A program made the translations under genes and the position numbers. The notes under the pieces are model-generated. The model worked only from the letters and a program-made list of their open reading frames with translations, ran no database searches and was not told where the DNA came from. A stretch of DNA of 64,000 nt, taken from positions 124,001 through 188,000 of the forward strand of contig PDIP01000017.1 in assembly GCA_002811645.1 (NCBI GenBank), read 5' to 3'. Positions 32,568 to 42,875 of the stretch are shown here, one piece after another. Origin of the DNA: Corallochytrium limacisporum Hawaii. Its lineage: Eukaryota > Protista > Pluriformea. Every line of letters starts with the position of its first letter. Position 1 is the stretch's first letter.

Positions 32568-33512
32568 ATGCTGTCCCTGTTCAAGACCCCCGGTGTGCTG
32601 GTCAAGGCGGCCCGCCGCGGCTTCTCAACTAGCGCTCCTACCCAGGAGATCAAGAAGGTTATGGTTCTGGGTGCTGGCCTGATGGGGTCGGGTATTGCAC
32701 AAGTATCTGCCCAAAGCAAATATGAGGTGGTTCTTGTTGATGTGCAGCAGGATGCTGTCGACAAGGGTGTCAAGCGTATCGAGGGCTCCCTTGCCCGTGT
32801 GGCCAAGAAACAGTTCCAAGGCGACGATAAAGCCGCAAAGCAATTTGTCGAGGGTACCATGTCCCTTATCAAAACTGACACTAACGCTGAAAACGCCATT
32901 AAGGGATGTGACCTGCTAATTGAAGCCATCGTCGAAAACCTGGATGTCAAGAACAAGGTCTTCGGGTCCCTGGATAAGGCCGCTGACCCTAACACTATCT
33001 TTGCATCGAATACCTCCTCCCTGTCTGTCAACGAAATGGCCAAGGCTGTTGAGCGCAAGGACAAGTTTGGTGGCCTCCATTTCTTCAACCCCGTTGCAAT
33101 GATGAAGCTGGTTGAGGTCATCAAGGGTGATGTAACCAGCGAGGCTACCCACAAGGCTCTGATGGATTATGGTAAGGCTATCGGCAAGTACACCGTTGAC
33201 TGTCGTGATACTCCCGGCTTCGTCGTCAACCGCCTTCTTGTTCCCTACATGATGGAGGCCATTCGCATGCTTGAGCGTGGAGACGCAAGCGCCAAGGATA
33301 TTGACTCCGCCATGAAGCTCGGCGCCGGTTATCCCATGGGTCCCTTCGAACTGCTTGACTATACCGGTCTGGACACTTGCCAGTCCATCATTGGTGGATG
33401 GCACCAGAAAATGCCCGAGGCCGATCTTTTCCAGCCCAGCGCTTTGCTTGACAAACTGGTTGCCGAGGGTAAACTTGGCCGCAAGACTGGTGAGGGGTTC
33501 TACAAGTACTGA
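32568..33512 (+). CDS. HADH: Mitochondrial 3-hydroxyacyl-CoA dehydrogenase, copy 2 (tandem paralog)
   Basis: Same motifs as copy 1. ATG 32568 gives presequence [22 protein letters not shown], parallel to copy 1. Confidence 0.96.
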   Translation: MLSLFKTPGVLVKAARRGFSTSAPTQEIKKVMVLGAGLMGSGIAQVSAQSKYEVVLVDVQQDAVDKGVKRIEGSLARVAKKQFQGDDKAAKQFVEGTMSLIKTDTNAENAIKGCDLLIEAIVENLDVKNKVFGSLDKAADPNTIFASNTSSLSVNEMAKAVERKDKFGGLHFFNPVAMMKLVEVIKGDVTSEATHKALMDYGKAIGKYTVDCRDTPGFVVNRLLVPYMMEAIRMLERGDASAKDIDSAMKLGAGYPMGPFELLDYTGLDTCQSIIGGWHQKMPEADLFQPSALLDKLVAEGKLGRKTGEGFYKY

Positions 33513-33648
33513 CCAATACTTTCTCTCTGCTTTCATGACAATTCATTCGGCTCCTCCAACTATACACACTGCAACCTGGTATATAGAATCACGAAGTCGT
33601 TTAGCAACACCATGTAACTCATCGGGTATAATCTGTCTATTGTAACAA

Positions 33649-34047
33649 CTAGTGTGTCAGCGACCGTGCCACCATCACTGGACACGGCGCCTTTGCCAAG
33701 AGGTACGTTGGGACAGGGCCCAAAACATCGACATCGTAGCTGCCAGTACCAACCAGCATGGAAGTGGCCTTCACATCGCTAGCAAACTGGCAGAGGGTTT
33801 CTCGAGGGTCTCCCTCAGCAACAATGGGGTTCACCTCAATTGGCTCGTCTTTAAAGCGTAGTGCAATCTGGTTCAACTTGGCCTGTACATCCTCGGCAGT
33901 CATTCCACCATGATGTGTGACTCCGTCACTAACGTGTATGAGATAAATTGTGGTACCAGCACACTCTGTCAAATGGTTTTGAATGTAATGAACACACCGC
34001 TCCGCACTGGACTCAAAGTCGTATCCTACTACTACAATTTGCTTCAT
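33649..34047 (-). CDS. Universal stress protein (UspA-like)
   Basis: Motifs MKQIVVVGYD, YLIHV, EGDPRETLC and LGPVPTYLLAKAPCPVMVAR. Confidence 0.88.
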   Translation of the reverse strand: MKQIVVVGYDFESSAERCVHYIQNHLTECAGTTIYLIHVSDGVTHHGGMTAEDVQAKLNQIALRFKDEPIEVNPIVAEGDPRETLCQFASDVKATSMLVGTGSYDVDVLGPVPTYLLAKAPCPVMVARSLTH

Positions 34048-34576
34048 GGTTCTCGGTCAGCCCTTTCCTATTCTATGTTCCTGCTACAGTTCTGCAAAGG
34101 TTACAGCGGCACGCCCAGAATGTAAACCTCGCAGGAGATCCGAAATAGCGCACCAATTTGTACAGCTACCACAGCCTGGGTTAGTCGCAACCCTTTTCTA
34201 TGAGGGCCGTGTTTCCTTACTGCGATATAACCCGAAGAAGTGGATCGGACCCTAATTGCCTTTCCTCGCCTTTGCCGTCCTGGGACACGCATTTTCTGAC
34301 CTCTGGTCTTTCACGGGGGCCAAATGCCGTACATTCACAACGTCATTTGGTTTTGTTGTTATTTTCTCTTGAAGGATCCACCATCAACAGTGGGGCAAAT
34401 CGATCAATAATTTCCATGGGAGTCTATGCCATGGCTCTTCATTTGCTGGCTGGGTGGTGCTACGTTCTCCCGTTGCCGACATGCAACAGATTGGTTTCCC
34501 GTTCTGGTATGTGATACTGCATGATGTTCTGTCAGGTTGTAGATTTCATTGTTATTTGTGGCCTTGCGATGTGGAC

Positions 34577-34777
34577 ATGATGAAGAAAGTGACAAATCCG
34601 CCAGCCAAGTCCCGGGAGAGGCTGATGGCCATCAGCAAGGGTGTCCTAGCTTGCAAGGAAGAAGCCGCACTCTATGGCCAGTGTATGAACACACACTTTG
34701 AAAAGATGACGCACAACGTGTGTAGTAAAGAATTTGAAGCATTAAAGAACTGTGTTGCTAAATATACAAGGAAGTAA
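34577..34777 (+). CDS. NDUFAF8: Twin CX9C mitochondrial protein, NDUFAF8-like
   Basis: 66 aa with C-KEEAALYGQ-C and C-SKEFEALKN-C, matching the NDUFAF8 pattern. Confidence 0.75.
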   Translation: MMKKVTNPPAKSRERLMAISKGVLACKEEAALYGQCMNTHFEKMTHNVCSKEFEALKNCVAKYTRK

Positions 34778-34891
34778 ACTAGAACTGGAACCCAAAGTTG
34801 AATCTTTATCCTTCAATTGGTTTGCATGTCATGTTTTGACCTCTATTCGTAAATACAGCTATTCTATTATATTACATGGTGTACAAGTGAA

Positions 34892-35908
34892 TCAGGGATT
34901 CTTAAAGGACCAAATTTTTACCAAAGCATCGTCACCGGCTGAGGCCAACAGGGCCTCTCCAGTCTCGCTAACGTGTTGGTTCCAGCACACTCCATTGACA
35001 TCCATGTCATGCGCATGAGCTTGGTTAGCAAGCCTGTACCAGCCACCACCGTCTTCAGTGATCTTGGTGCTACCTTCTTCATAGGCAAAAATTTGTATAC
35101 TGTCATCAGCTCCTGCGGCTGCAATCAGATTTAGCTCATGGTGCCAACTCACGCTATAGATCGCACGTGTGAAGAACCCGCTGAGTATGGCGACGCAGCG
35201 CCACTCATCGTAGTTCCTTTTGTCAGTGCACTTCCAAATCCGCAGCGTCTTATCATCGCTGACTGTAGCAATCTGCGTTCCGTCTTTGTTCCAGTCGAAG
35301 GCCCAAACAGTGGATTCATGTCCGGTCAAAGTGACGTAGCACTCAAAGTCGTCGTCATCCTCACGATGCAGACGAACTGTGTCGTCGTATGAGGCCGAAC
35401 CCAAGATTTCTTCCTCCGGGTGCCACTTGATGAACTTAACGTCCTGCGTGTGGTAAGTAAGCACTCCGACACACTCAAATTCCGCATCTTCGTCCGCTTC
35501 CCAAATCCAGACACTTTTATCACGGGAACAACTAGCTAACAGCTGTCCGTTCGGCGACCACGCAGTGCATTTGATTTCGTTCTCATGTCCCTCTAATTGT
35601 GCTACACATTCAAAATCGGCAATCATTCCTTCGCCTTGCGCCTCCCAAACACAGATCATTGAGTCAAACGAACCGGAAGCAATCCTACGTCCGTCTGGGC
35701 TCCAGGATGCGAATCTCACAGTCCGAGTGTGTCCCTGCTCCAGCGCATCTCCATGGGTCCATCCCTTATCAGGTGTGTTCACCCACAAACGTACGCTCTT
35801 GTCGCTGCTTGTGCTGGCCAAAATCGTGCCTGACGGGTTCCATTGCACGCACCAAACCCGTTCGTAGTGCCCACTCAAAGAGGCCACTTGCTTCAGTTCG
35901 GGACCCAT
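34892..35908 (-). CDS. CIAO1: Cytosolic Fe-S assembly WD40 protein Cia1
   Basis: WD40 repeats with LEGHENEIKC, ASCSRDKSVWIWE, HTQDVKF, SASYDD and GHESTVW. Confidence 0.95.
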   Translation of the reverse strand: MGPELKQVASLSGHYERVWCVQWNPSGTILASTSSDKSVRLWVNTPDKGWTHGDALEQGHTRTVRFASWSPDGRRIASGSFDSMICVWEAQGEGMIADFECVAQLEGHENEIKCTAWSPNGQLLASCSRDKSVWIWEADEDAEFECVGVLTYHTQDVKFIKWHPEEEILGSASYDDTVRLHREDDDDFECYVTLTGHESTVWAFDWNKDGTQIATVSDDKTLRIWKCTDKRNYDEWRCVAILSGFFTRAIYSVSWHHELNLIAAAGADDSIQIFAYEEGSTKITEDGGGWYRLANQAHAHDMDVNGVCWNQHVSETGEALLASAGDDALVKIWSFKNP

Positions 35909-36214
35909 ACTGTAATTTACTGTCCAGTTTCCCTTATCTAATTTTTTGTCTGCAAGAGATCGGTGGATGCTCTATTACTGATAGTAAAGATGTAGATGTT
36001 TACGTACCCTTATTTGCGCATAGTGGTGGCTTCCAAGGGAATAGGCAGCCGTTTATTTGATCTGTTCTAACTTTGTTTCTTGGACCTCAGACGGGCGTGC
36101 ACACGAGCCCTCCCCGGTTGTGTTTCCCGCAGGGGAGGCGGAGGGGGGTGAGGGCCCCACCGAAACATTGTCTTTTGATGCGCCCCTACGCGACGCAGGT
36201 TGGGTGTGTTCAAG

Positions 36215-37504
36215 TCATGTTGGAGAGTGAATTCGCTTTATGTCTGGTATCCTCCTACAACTAGAGTAATCCAAGTAGATGTGTGTTCCATCACGGAGAT
36301 TCTGCACGGTCCAGCCGCTCAGCTCTACATGATCGCCTTGAGTGATAGATACAGGTGCAATTGTCTCTGCAGGACCAGGAAGCAGGACAGTGCATGACTC
36401 TCTTTCTTTGGCATGGGTGCCCATTGCGACTTTGAACCCACACGTTTCTGTGACCGATGACACCACCATCACATTCGATGCCTCTGCCGCAATCCCTTGT
36501 GCTCTAACAGTGCCCGCTACTGCTCTATGTCTTTCTAGTCTGAGATCTGAATGCCAGCGCAGTATTGCTGCAGATAGTTCACTCGCCTTGCCACCCGGAA
36601 TGAACTTATTCTTTCGAGTCGAGTCTGAATGGTTGATGCCTACCTGAATTTCTGAGCCATCTGTTGGGGTTGAAGGCCGCATCAGCTTTGATCGCCAGTC
36701 AGTTTGGAGCGGTTCATAACCCCGCTGTGTCTCATGCTCAGGTCCTTTCTGCGAATCAAATTGACTATCATCCACAATCTCACTGATCTGCTTGCTATGC
36801 TGAGAGTGCTGGTCAAATTGGCTGCTTTCATTGATGTCGCACGATTCTGCCAATTCGTCATCCTGACACGACTCTGGTATTGCACAAAGAAGAGGGGAAG
36901 GACCTCCTAGAGCCTTACGTTTCGCTTTCGCATTATATTCTTTAGGCGTCGTCGTCCTACCATCACAATGCAAGCTGTCAGAACTAACGATACTGTCGTT
37001 TAACCCCGCCAGGGCATGTACAGAGCTCTGGTGTACGTCAGGTGTTACTTGAATAGTCTGGTGTCGTGGTTTCTTGGTCTTCTGGAGTGTTTCCGGAGTC
37101 TCTGGAATCTGCCTGGGCTGTCTGCTTTGGAATGCTCTCTTCAGCCTATTCATAACATCTCCATCATCATCAAAGGACGAGATGCTACCAATTGAACTAT
37201 TTTGGACATCAACTTCCTGAGAATCAGGAATGATCCCATGTTCAAGGCCCCGTTTTGGTGTCACTGTTGTGCCAGAGAGTTGAGTATCAGCCGTTCCCCT
37301 AAAATCGGAGCCCGCAGTAGAGTTTTGGGTACCTATTAATCTAGGACCATGCGCTTTTACTAAATTTTCACTGTCTTCGATACCTTCTGACTGTCCTGGT
37401 ACATCCTGACCTTCGCCATCACTGTCCGAGAAATCAATTTCAACTGCTGGTGATTCGCTCATGTTTTCCACCGATTCCTTGTTGCATATGTTTCTCCTGG
37501 TCAT
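36215..37504 (-). CDS. Low-complexity protein with a C-terminal SPIDR-like segment
   Basis: Long S/D/Q-rich N-terminal region. The C-terminus KFIPGGKASELSAAILRWHSDLRLERH...ETCGFKVA...GDHVELSGW resembles the conserved block of SPIDR. First ATGs at 37504 and 37462. Confidence 0.5.
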   Translation of the reverse strand: MTRRNICNKESVENMSESPAVEIDFSDSDGEGQDVPGQSEGIEDSENLVKAHGPRLIGTQNSTAGSDFRGTADTQLSGTTVTPKRGLEHGIIPDSQEVDVQNSSIGSISSFDDDGDVMNRLKRAFQSRQPRQIPETPETLQKTKKPRHQTIQVTPDVHQSSVHALAGLNDSIVSSDSLHCDGRTTTPKEYNAKAKRKALGGPSPLLCAIPESCQDDELAESCDINESSQFDQHSQHSKQISEIVDDSQFDSQKGPEHETQRGYEPLQTDWRSKLMRPSTPTDGSEIQVGINHSDSTRKNKFIPGGKASELSAAILRWHSDLRLERHRAVAGTVRAQGIAAEASNVMVVSSVTETCGFKVAMGTHAKERESCTVLLPGPAETIAPVSITQGDHVELSGWTVQNLRDGTHIYLDYSSCRRIPDIKRIHSPT

Positions 37505-37937
37505 GGCACCCACATCATGACCTCTTATTCGTGAATCACAGCATGAATTTGGTTGTACAGAAACAGACACATCAATGGTCACAAAGCTCAAGTTCCGTCA
37601 ACTACCTTGCGAGGGTCCTGAGACCCACCCGCTCAAACCTTTCGCGCCACCCACTGCAGCAGCCCTCATTTCAGCGTTGGAAATATTGATTAAAGCTGGC
37701 CCTTGGTTAACTGAATCTGGCGGAACTGCGTACTCCCTCTCTTTTCTGGGGGCGGACCCGTATTGAACGTATTGCTGCGCAGATTACTCATCGTCCCCGA
37801 CAACCCCAACCGCTCTCAGGCGCAGGGACAGAATTGGAGCAAGTATCCATGCCGGAGAAGCAAAAAGGTATTTGAAAAACATTCGATCTTTACCCCCAAC
37901 TGAAATAGCCATTAATCAGTAACTGACACATGACCAA

Positions 37938-38717
37938 ATGCCGTCCAAAAAATCTGCAAACGGGGCCGGGAAGAGGGCAAAACAGGTCGGTGTGGCCTGG
38001 CTTCATGACTTTGTCGTCGCGCACCTACTCCACACTGTGATCTGTGCCACCACGCTCCTCTATTTCGTCGATACTTTAGGTGGACTTGGTCATTGCTATT
38101 TCTTTCTTTCAGCATTTTATTGCACCTGGGTCATTGCACTTGCCGTCGTCCGGGGCTACGACGAGTGGCTGAGTGCATTCACATATGTTTTGCCTCTAAG
38201 CATCTTCCAGGTATGGCCTGACTGGTTCCTGGCTTCCCATATCGGCACCCTAGAGTTTGCAGTTAAAGATTTCTACATGATCGGACCAGTTCCTGCATTT
38301 ATGGCGCTCATGTGGACCACACCGATCTTTGTTTCCGTTATGCAGGGAGTTGCTGCGGAAAAGATGGGGTACAATGGAGCCTTGGTGTCAGCCTTGACTG
38401 CTACCACTATCTTTGGCATCTCCGAGCAAGTGATGTCCATGTGCTGGTATCAGGTCAATGTTCGAGTCACCTTCACTATCTTTGAAGGGATGCACCCTGT
38501 GGCTTTGTATGTCATCCCCGCAGAGCTTCTATTAGGCTTGGTGGCCTTTCAAGTGCACAAGTACTATATCAGCCAGTATCGACCATGGAATGGTCTGCCT
38601 CAGAAAGTTCTGGCTGCTCTGATGACTTCAGTAATGTATCTTGGCTGCATGGCCTTCTTCTGGTCCCTCATTGAAGACGGATTTCCTAGTAAGGACATTC
38701 GGTGGATTGATGTTTGA
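37938..38717 (+). CDS. Multi-pass membrane protein of unknown function
   Basis: 259 aa, about 7 hydrophobic segments; conserved-looking PLSIFQVWPDWFL, GTLEF and MALMW. Confidence 0.75.
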   Translation: MPSKKSANGAGKRAKQVGVAWLHDFVVAHLLHTVICATTLLYFVDTLGGLGHCYFFLSAFYCTWVIALAVVRGYDEWLSAFTYVLPLSIFQVWPDWFLASHIGTLEFAVKDFYMIGPVPAFMALMWTTPIFVSVMQGVAAEKMGYNGALVSALTATTIFGISEQVMSMCWYQVNVRVTFTIFEGMHPVALYVIPAELLLGLVAFQVHKYYISQYRPWNGLPQKVLAALMTSVMYLGCMAFFWSLIEDGFPSKDIRWIDV

Positions 38718-38804
38718 AACCTGGAGCTCCAATACACAAAAACTTCATATCTTTCCTCTAATTTTCACTTTAAATTTACAGAGAGGGCATCTGATGTAGC
38801 AATT

Positions 38805-40424
38805 TCATCCTCTTGTGCAGCAGAGGACTACCAGAATTACAATGGCGGGGGAGATTATTCCAAAACGAGAGCCATAGACCGCAGAACCGCCGCCGCTGCA
38901 GTCAGAACCATCTGCCTCGTCGAGCATCTCTGAGTTGGCAGAGATGAACGGGACGCGGTCCTTGGCAAACACAACATACTCAGCGTACTTGGACATCTCA
39001 GCGGCCGTAACAGAGGCACAGACACCGTCGGGATTCCCCGAGAAGTAGGTTTCGGTGCAGGATTGACAGTCAGTCGAAGATGAATCAGCGGAGCACTCGC
39101 TGGAGCAGAAGGTCTGGATTGCAGTCATGCATTCCGCAGCCCCGTTGCAGTGGTAGTTACCCACGAGACGGAAAAGTCCAGTGCCAGTGGCTATGTAGGT
39201 GTCCCGATACCACCGATCGGTTGTGAATCCAAGGATAAAAGATGGTGTCCCGGATGAGCAAGGGATCGGCGTATCTGAGCCACAGACGCTGTTCACAGTG
39301 GCGGCAGAGAATGTGGTGGGATCAGCCTCGTACAGGCCCGAAAACAGGTCAGCAAAGACATAGTTACCTTCAGTGGAGTCATCGCGGCCAGAGCGAATGA
39401 AGACACCCCCTGTTACAGAATCAGCAACGTCACCGTTGTCAGTGTGGTCATAAGTAATAATGGGCTCAGTGTGGCTGGCCTCATTGTACAAACTGACATC
39501 GGGGCTCGCTTCAAAGGTACCCTCAAAGCGCTTCCAGCCGAAGTTGTTGCCAGGTTCCACAAGGTCGATCTCCTCCTGGGTGTCTTGACCGACATCACCA
39601 CACAGCAGGGCATGAGGTGAAGCCACATCAAAGCTGCAGCGGTATGGGTTGCGGAAGCCAAGCGCATAGATCTCAGGCAGGAAATTCCTATCGTCAATGA
39701 AAGGGTTACCGGATGCGGCTGGACTGGGGAACACATTGCCACTACTGGGGTCAAGCCGCAGTATCTTTCCAAAAGGAGACTGTGGATTTTGAGCCAGGTT
39801 GTTGGGGTCGAGTGCACCACCACCGTCACCCAGAGCGATATACAGGAAGTTAGCATCTTCGTCAGAGCGACCAAAGGACATGAAGCCGCCATTGTGGTTA
39901 GACGCAGGCTGTTGTAGGACTAGGACATCACGAATGCGACTGCAGTCACTCCCGCCATCTCCGCTCGCGGAAAACTCGGAAACGACAGTGAGGTGATCGT
40001 ATATGCATGCGACATCCTCGTCGGCGTTTTCATCGCAAGCGCTGTGGAGACATCCCGTGGTCTTGCAGGTCTGTGCAAGTTCAGGGCGGAGGGTCTCGGA
40101 ACTTGAGTAGTGCACAAAGTACCGATCTGGCACTGTCGGATGTGCGGCAATGTCGAAGGCACCCCTCTCTGTCCGCTCCTCGAAGTCTACAATGTTAGAT
40201 ATATCCAGAAGCAGGCCCTCATTGGTCAGAGCTCCATCGCCCTTGTTTACGGCAAAAGCACGGACGGTGCCGGTCTGAGTCAAGGCTGCAATCTTTTCCC
40301 CCGCGTCGAGCAGGGTTGTAGTCGCAAGGTAAGGAGCACCATCCAGGTTTTCGGATACCAAGTGGACACATAGATCTCTGGCTATGACCGTGCCAATCAG
40401 CACGGCAATAACCCAGTAGATCAT
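38805..40424 (-). CDS. Secreted HIPL1/HHIP-like glucose/sorbosone dehydrogenase-family beta-propeller, probably GPI- or TM-anchored
   Basis: Signal peptide MIYWVIAVLIGTVIA. Motifs NHNGG, LYIALGDGG, GKILRLD, PEIYALGFRNPYRCSFD, GDVGQ and GNNFGW. Hydrophobic C-terminus after an SGGGS linker. Confidence 0.88.
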   Translation of the reverse strand: MIYWVIAVLIGTVIARDLCVHLVSENLDGAPYLATTTLLDAGEKIAALTQTGTVRAFAVNKGDGALTNEGLLLDISNIVDFEERTERGAFDIAAHPTVPDRYFVHYSSSETLRPELAQTCKTTGCLHSACDENADEDVACIYDHLTVVSEFSASGDGGSDCSRIRDVLVLQQPASNHNGGFMSFGRSDEDANFLYIALGDGGGALDPNNLAQNPQSPFGKILRLDPSSGNVFPSPAASGNPFIDDRNFLPEIYALGFRNPYRCSFDVASPHALLCGDVGQDTQEEIDLVEPGNNFGWKRFEGTFEASPDVSLYNEASHTEPIITYDHTDNGDVADSVTGGVFIRSGRDDSTEGNYVFADLFSGLYEADPTTFSAATVNSVCGSDTPIPCSSGTPSFILGFTTDRWYRDTYIATGTGLFRLVGNYHCNGAAECMTAIQTFCSSECSADSSSTDCQSCTETYFSGNPDGVCASVTAAEMSKYAEYVVFAKDRVPFISANSEMLDEADGSDCSGGGSAVYGSRFGIISPAIVILVVLCCTRG

Positions 40425-41312
40425 AGTGCTTCGGAACGAAATCAATTTGCCGGCATGGCCGCCCAAAGAGTACTATCTCAAGGCATCCACACGCTCCGTA
40501 AGCACCGTGTGATTGGATTAAGTACGTTTGCAGATCGAGAACTTGAATGAACAACCAACGTATCCCCTGTCTAGAACTCTAGTGAGACTGATCTGTAGGC
40601 TACAAATCAGTGCCACCATTCAATGGGCTATGGTAACACCGCACCGACGTCTCTTTCGATCAACCGGACACATTCCAAACAAGGGGCGGTTTTCTCGCCT
40701 GGACTGAGTGCGCATTTAGTGCAGGGAGGTTCTTACGAAGCGGGCCCAACGTAACCGAGTGTATCGCGGTAAGAGATTTGGGCGATTGATGCCTACCGTC
40801 AATATCTTCAGTAGGAGGCTTCTACGCATTGCAAATTAATCATCGGAAACACATTGCTCTTCTCAGTTGGCACAATGTCATAGCCATGGTGTGCAGTTGT
40901 AAGCTGGCGACTTCGGACATTGAAACTTCTGCGGGCCAGGTAAATCCTACGTTACCGTGTTCTTTGTAAACTATGCGGATGTAGGAGAGCTCGCAATCAC
41001 ACGTCCAGTAGGGAGGTGTTCGTCGTGCGTACACCAACTTCTTAGACCTGCGTTCTTCCTTCTTTGCTGAACAAACGCAAGACGACCACGAGAAGGAGAG
41101 CCAGAGAACACCCCGCCCCGGGGCCAAAAAAGGGGAACCGTCCAATTTTTGCGTATTTCCAGAGATCGCTGCGCAGCCCATTCGTGGTGGGGCCAGCGGT
41201 GGGGTTTCGGTGCGCAAACGATTTCCACCCCTCAGTTTGGACTAGGTACGACGGAAATTATTGGTTTCTTTAATAGAAAATATTATTGATTAATATGTGA
41301 ACAGGCAGAGGG

Positions 41313-41963
41313 TCAGGTCTGTTCCGATTGCTGCGGTTCCTGCTTTTGCTGGGTCAGTCGCTCTCTCTCGTCGCGTAATTTGCGACGTTTCTCACGTTTC
41401 AACAGATCATCCTCTGTGAGATTGTGCTCACCTTTCTGTTCCACTTCGGCCACGACGTATTTTTCACCTGTGCGTTCCGATTCTGTGAAGCCAGCCCAGC
41501 TTGTGTACCGGTGCAGCACAATTCCGGCGCTGACGACAACATTTAAGCTGGCCGTGGCGTTCCCGTACTGCGGAATGTATACAAAACGGTCGCAAATCTT
41601 ACGCTGTGCATCATTGAGGCCTTGTCCTTCATTGCCTACTAAGAAGGCGGCATTTCCAGGCAAAAAAGCCCCATCACATGTGATACTGTGTGCTTCATCC
41701 ATGATCTCTATTCCGTAAACGGTTGTGCTTCCTTGCTTCGTCAGGTACTCTTTCGCCTGTTCGTGGGTCTCGAATTCCTTCAGGTTAGCGTGCTTCGTGG
41801 TCCCCTTGTCTGAAAGTCCCATCCATTTCCTCATGAGTTTCACGCTTCCTACCACTAGGATTTCCTTCGCGCCGAAGGCAGTGGCTGTCCGGACCAATCC
41901 ACCAAGATTTCCCCTTGACTGCACATTAGACAGGATGAAATACAATTTCGGCAGCCCACCCAT
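41313..41963 (-). CDS. SpoU/TrmH-family SPOUT RNA methyltransferase
   Basis: Motifs NLGGLVRTATAFG, FLVGNEGQGL and YIPQYGNATASLNV. First ATG at 41963. Confidence 0.92.
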   Translation of the reverse strand: MGGLPKLYFILSNVQSRGNLGGLVRTATAFGAKEILVVGSVKLMRKWMGLSDKGTTKHANLKEFETHEQAKEYLTKQGSTTVYGIEIMDEAHSITCDGAFLPGNAAFLVGNEGQGLNDAQRKICDRFVYIPQYGNATASLNVVVSAGIVLHRYTSWAGFTESERTGEKYVVAEVEQKGEHNLTEDDLLKREKRRKLRDERERLTQQKQEPQQSEQT

Positions 41964-42308
41964 GGTGTTCTCCTTCCTACTAGTGCGACCTCTACTTTGG
42001 CAACACAGTAGAATGAGCCAAGGCGCTTGGATGGCAAATAATGTCCCCCTGAAGTAGCCACCCAATGCCCACGAGGGATGACAGGTACCCTTGGGGGGGG
42101 GGGGGCTATATACTTCAGAAGAATGGTAGGTACTTCAGAACGAATGGGAGGGAGGTCCAGCCAAGGAATGTGCGTCCTTGTCGCGTATCCGAAACTTTTT
42201 TGCAAACAGGAGGTTGACCGAGTGACCACGCGAACGTATGGCAAATTTGGGCGAGACGAAGCAACCATACCGATGTGGTGCCAATAGGGAGACACCACCA
42301 CCAAAACG

Positions 42309-42875
42309 ATGAACGTTTCCGCTTCAAGTTCAAGCGATGAAGAAATCGACAACTTCGAAAGGAAGCATGTCACACAAAGTGAAGACGATTATGAACCAGA
42401 TCCCATGCCAGAGGATTATGATGCATCCATCAGTTCACAGATGCCTAACATTATCATGGCAGTAGTTTTACTTGGGGTATGCCTCTATCTATATATCGCC
42501 GCCCTAGTTGTACCGGTCGACGAACTAGATGGACGCAGTCGCGGGGATGTTGCTAGCGAACATCTTCGGTATTTGATGTACGAAAAACTTCCTATACTGA
42601 TTAAACGGTACAAAATTGACATGGAGATGATTCTCATGTCCTTGGGTACAGCCGCTGCGCTTACAGCTGTGATCTTCCTCGTGCCTTTTGGACCCTCCAC
42701 GGGCACTCAACCTCAATCAACAGCAGGAGCCAGTACTAGGGGGACAAAGGAAGAGAAGGCCTCGAGCTCCGCTTCTGCGGTCTACAGAGAGCGACAAAAG
42801 ATGGCTAAGGATGGTGATCGATGGTGGATCGATAACTACCCAGCTGCAAATAGACCAGCAGCGCACAAAATATAG
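42309..42875 (+). CDS. Hypothetical two-TM protein
   Basis: 188-aa ORF with acidic N-terminus and two hydrophobic segments, divergent from spoU across a G13 tract. Confidence 0.7.
   Translation: MNVSASSSSDEEIDNFERKHVTQSEDDYEPDPMPEDYDASISSQMPNIIMAVVLLGVCLYLYIAALVVPVDELDGRSRGDVASEHLRYLMYEKLPILIKRYKIDMEMILMSLGTAAALTAVIFLVPFGPSTGTQPQSTAGASTRGTKEEKASSSASAVYRERQKMAKDGDRWWIDNYPAANRPAAHKI

Noticed and set aside
4950-33536. Long antisense ORFs such as 4950-5798, 7990-8787, 11152-12336, 19462-20154 and 32916-33536
   Set aside because: They are shadows of codon-biased genes on the opposite strand and carry no motifs of their own.
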